29,199 nucleotides of DNA from Verrucomicrobiales bacterium. GTDB lineage: Bacteria; Verrucomicrobiota; Verrucomicrobiia; Verrucomicrobiales; V1-33. Each line of letters begins with the position of its first letter. Position 1 is the stretch's first letter. The notes under the pieces are model-generated. The model was not told the origin of the DNA, did not search any database, and saw nothing but the letters and a program-made list of their open reading frames with translations. The stretch lies in contig JANOAV010000042.1 in assembly GCA_031411295.1 (NCBI GenBank), forward strand, positions 1-29,199, read 5' to 3'. The position numbers and the translations under genes are program-made. Shown here piece after piece: positions 26,288 through 29,199 of this stretch.

Positions 26288-29199
26288 ATGCCCATGCCAT
26301 CCAACAATGCTGGTCTGCGCGACAACCACACACGAGGAACGGTCGCCGATTTTCTACGGGCGAAAACACAGTGTGGCTCGAAGCTCTCCATCGTTTCCGC
26401 CTACTTCACGATTTACGCCTACGATGCGCTCAAGGCGGAACTCGACCAAATCGAACACCTCGACTTCCTCTTCGGGGAGCCGTCGTTCATCAATCGGCTT
26501 GACCCCAGTAAGACCGAAAAAAAGGCCTTCATTATTGACTCCGCTGGCTTGGAGCTTTCCAATAAACTGCAGCAGAAGCGAGTCGCCCAAGAGTGTGCCG
26601 ACTGGATTGAGCGAAAAGTGGCCATCAAGACCATCAAGCAATCCAACTTGCTCCACGGGAAGATGTATCACATCGCTACTGGAGGAGTTGACGATGCCAT
26701 CCTTGGCAGTTCTAATTTTACCGTGCGCGGCCTCGGCCTCGGCAAGGACGGCAACGGCAAACCCTACCGCCTCTTCGCCACCGACGAAGGCTTCGCCAAA
26801 AACCGCGCCACCTACGACATCAACAACCTCTACCGCTACGAAGGTCTCTTCGCCGACGGCCCCGACGCCGCCCTCGCCCACTTCGCCGAAATCCCCTTCC
26901 TCAATGGCGGCCTCTTCGAGTGCCTCGACCGCACCGAGGACGGCTCCGACAAAAAGCGCTACCTCGACGGCTTCTCCCGCAACGCCAAAAAGCGCCCGCA
27001 CGTCCCCGACCGCCTCTTCTTCGACAGCGGGGAAACCGCCGACCTCTCCACCGCTTACGGCGACACCAAGCGCAAAGCCGAAAAAGTCACCGGCCTCATC
27101 ACCATTCTGAACCGCTACAAGTTCACCATCGTCGAGAACACTCCCATCGATCAGGAAATCGCCCTCGATCCCGAGCTCCTCGGCAAAGTCTTCGAAAACC
27201 TCCTCGCCTCCTACAACGAGGAAACCAAGACCACCGCCCGCAAGCAGACCGGCTCCTTCTACACCCCGCGCCCCATCGTGGACTACATGGTGGACGAATC
27301 CCTCAAAGCCCACCTCACCCGCGCACTCGTGGAAAAGGCCCGCATGAAGGAGCCCGACGCCCGCGCCGGCCTCGACCTCCTCTTCGCCTACACCGAGAAA
27401 GAGCACGCCTTCACCCCCGCCGAAGTCGCCACCCTCATCGCCGCCATCGACGCCCTGAAAATCCTCGACCCCGCCTGTGGCTCCGGCGCCTTCCCCATGG
27501 GCGTCCTCCACAAGCTCGTCTATATCCTCGGCAAGCTCGACCCCGACAACGACCGCTGGAAGCAGACCCAGCTCGCCAAGCTCGACTCCGCCCCCATGCG
27601 CGAGGAACTCGAACGCGCCTTCGCCGACAACAACGACGATTACGGCCGCAAGCTCTACCTCATTGAAAACTGCCTCTACGGCGTAGACATCCAGCCCATC
27701 GCTATCCAGATCACCAAACTCCGCTTCTTCATCTCCCTCGTCTGCGACCAGAAGACCAACCGCAACAAAAAGGACAACCACGGCATCCGCCCCCTGCCCA
27801 ATCTGGAAACCAAGTTCGTCGCCGCCGACACCCTCATCGGCCTGCCCATCTCGGACAAAGACCTCTTCATCGAGTCGCTCATCGCACCCATCGAAAAGGA
27901 AATCGAAGACGCCTACCACGGCCACTTCACCATCCAGCGGCGCGACCAGAAGCTCGCCTTGCAGAAAAAAATCAAGGCCCTACGCCTCAAGCTGGCCGAA
28001 ACGCTGGCGGGCAGCCTTGGCGCCGTGAACTCCGCGAAAGTCAAACACCTCGCCGAGTGGGATCCCTTCGATCCTCAATCCACCGCCGACTTCTTCGATC
28101 CGCACTGGATGTTCGGCAGGTCTTTGGTGGATGGGTTTGATATTGTCATCGGAAATCCCCCTTACGGGATGATCAAAGACGAAAAGATGCAGGCACACTT
28201 TGCCCGCACTTATTCAACCTGTGAAGGACGTGTAGATTTTTATGAAATGTTTTGTGAGCAGGGCACAAGACTCGTGCGTGCCAAAGGCGGCACCATGATG
28301 TTTATCATCCCGTCGCCTATCCTTACGAACGTCTATAGCCAACGGCTCCGTCAGTTTCTGATTGACCAAGGAAACATCGACGAAATCACAAATTTCGGAT
28401 TACGGGTTTTTCAGGATCCTGCCGTGCATAATTGCATTATTCGATTCACGAAGGGAATACTCGTCAACCAGCAGACCGCAGTTCGCGTTCAAGTCACAGA
28501 CTTGGAACAACTATATGGGGGTTTTGATTATTACCTGCCCCAAAAAGAGCTGGCACAGGGTCCTACTCTGAGTTTTGACATTTTTGTTTTACCTGAGCTT
28601 CGCACAATGCTTCAGCGCATCAGTTCCGTGTGCATCCCGCTGGCGGATTTTTGTTTCATTAGGCAATGCATCAAGACCGGCGACGATGATAAGTTTGTGG
28701 CTAGTTCGACTACCAGACTTCCGTCGCCGTGGAAACCGAGCCTTCGAGGAAGGTCAATCGGCAGATACGAAAACAGTGAACGCGACTTGTATCTAAAATA
28801 CGGTGATTGGCTCGCGCGAAACTGGCAAAATGAGTCGTTCTATGAAACTCCAAAACTTGCGATCCGCGAGACAGGTGCGCGAATAACCGCAACGCTCGAT
28901 GAAGACCACCGCTACTTCCTTAGCTCGCTCTACTCGGTTTATCCAAAGAACCAGCGAGATAATTCACTGCTCAAACAACTTCTTGGCATCATCAATTCCA
29001 CATTCGCGACTTGGTATGTTCGACTAATCGCTTTCGGTGTCACAGAAGGCGCATTCACAAAAATCCGCACTAATCAACTTGGACGGTTACCAATTCCCAA
29101 ATTCGACAAACAGAATCAGGGACGACTGGTGAGCCTAGGGGAAAGCGTAGCTAAAATCCTCTCCAAGAACCGCGACCCCGCCGCCGACACGAGCGCTTT
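26288..29199 (+). CDS. Restriction-modification protein: N-terminal PLD-type nuclease domain fused to Eco57I/type IIG-like N6-adenine methyltransferase and TaqI_C-like target recognition domain; 3'-truncated (>970 aa)
   Basis: One open frame from ATG 26288/26294 to the window end. PLD motifs: SAYFT, HGKMY (26654), GSSNFT (26705). MTase motifs: IPFLNGGLF, ELLGKVFENLL, RKQTGSFYTP, LDPACGSGAF (DPACGSG from 27467), YGVDI, GNPPY (NPPY at 28154). TRD: PKLAIRET...LLGIINS...LPIP. Missing from the ORF track because the stop lies outside the window. Confidence 0.92.
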   Translation, partial: MPMPSNNAGLRDNHTRGTVADFLRAKTQCGSKLSIVSAYFTIYAYDALKAELDQIEHLDFLFGEPSFINRLDPSKTEKKAFIIDSAGLELSNKLQQKRVAQECADWIERKVAIKTIKQSNLLHGKMYHIATGGVDDAILGSSNFTVRGLGLGKDGNGKPYRLFATDEGFAKNRATYDINNLYRYEGLFADGPDAALAHFAEIPFLNGGLFECLDRTEDGSDKKRYLDGFSRNAKKRPHVPDRLFFDSGETADLSTAYGDTKRKAEKVTGLITILNRYKFTIVENTPIDQEIALDPELLGKVFENLLASYNEETKTTARKQTGSFYTPRPIVDYMVDESLKAHLTRALVEKARMKEPDARAGLDLLFAYTEKEHAFTPAEVATLIAAIDALKILDPACGSGAFPMGVLHKLVYILGKLDPDNDRWKQTQLAKLDSAPMREELERAFADNNDDYGRKLYLIENCLYGVDIQPIAIQITKLRFFISLVCDQKTNRNKKDNHGIRPLPNLETKFVAADTLIGLPISDKDLFIESLIAPIEKEIEDAYHGHFTIQRRDQKLALQKKIKALRLKLAETLAGSLGAVNSAKVKHLAEWDPFDPQSTADFFDPHWMFGRSLVDGFDIVIGNPPYGMIKDEKMQAHFARTYSTCEGRVDFYEMFCEQGTRLVRAKGGTMMFIIPSPILTNVYSQRLRQFLIDQGNIDEITNFGLRVFQDPAVHNCIIRFTKGILVNQQTAVRVQVTDLEQLYGGFDYYLPQKELAQGPTLSFDIFVLPELRTMLQRISSVCIPLADFCFIRQCIKTGDDDKFVASSTTRLPSPWKPSLRGRSIGRYENSERDLYLKYGDWLARNWQNESFYETPKLAIRETGARITATLDEDHRYFLSSLYSVYPKNQRDNSLLKQLLGIINSTFATWYVRLIAFGVTEGAFTKIRTNQLGRLPIPKFDKQNQGRLVSLGESVAKILSKNRDPAADTSA

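Noticed and set aside
26307..27666. Plus-strand 267-aa Ser/Pro/Thr-rich and 248-aa Arg/Pro-rich ORFs
   Set aside because: Alternative frames of the real R-M ORF; low complexity follows from codon bias.
26354..27925. 523-aa minus-strand ORF
   Set aside because: Antisense shadow of the C-ending-codon methyltransferase gene; Val/Gly/Glu-biased with no motifs.

Overview
GC-rich bacterial DNA; the gene content suggests Verrucomicrobia/PVC, but that is an inference. From left to right: (1) a large secreted metzincin (M11-like) metalloprotease with PKD and Asp-box-like repeats on the minus strand, running off the left edge and absent from the ORF track; (2) a ~1.5-kb patch of decaying genes (frameshifted GT2 glycosyltransferase, an exported protein with an in-frame TGA, and a probable gene remnant); (3) a compact ~17.8-kb NRPS cluster: a 4748-aa NRPS (C-A-T-C-T-C-A-T-A-T-C-A-T-X), an MbtH-like protein and an A-T-C NRPS; (4) a GH20-like secreted protein, a chorismate-lyase-like protein and a YkgJ cysteine-cluster protein; (5) a restriction-modification ORF running off the right edge, also absent from the ORF track, in which a PLD nuclease domain is fused in frame to an Eco57I-type N6-adenine methyltransferase plus target-recognition domain. 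The best candidate for an undescribed system is the NRPS. It has neither a thioesterase nor a standard SDR reductase. It ends in a domain colinear with cyanobacterial acyl-ACP reductase (AAR/COG5322 fold), which suggests release of a peptide aldehyde. Its assembly line is non-linear: one module lacks A, one lacks C, and the partner protein has an A domain lacking the conserved Asp. All family calls come from reading motifs by eye; no searches were run.
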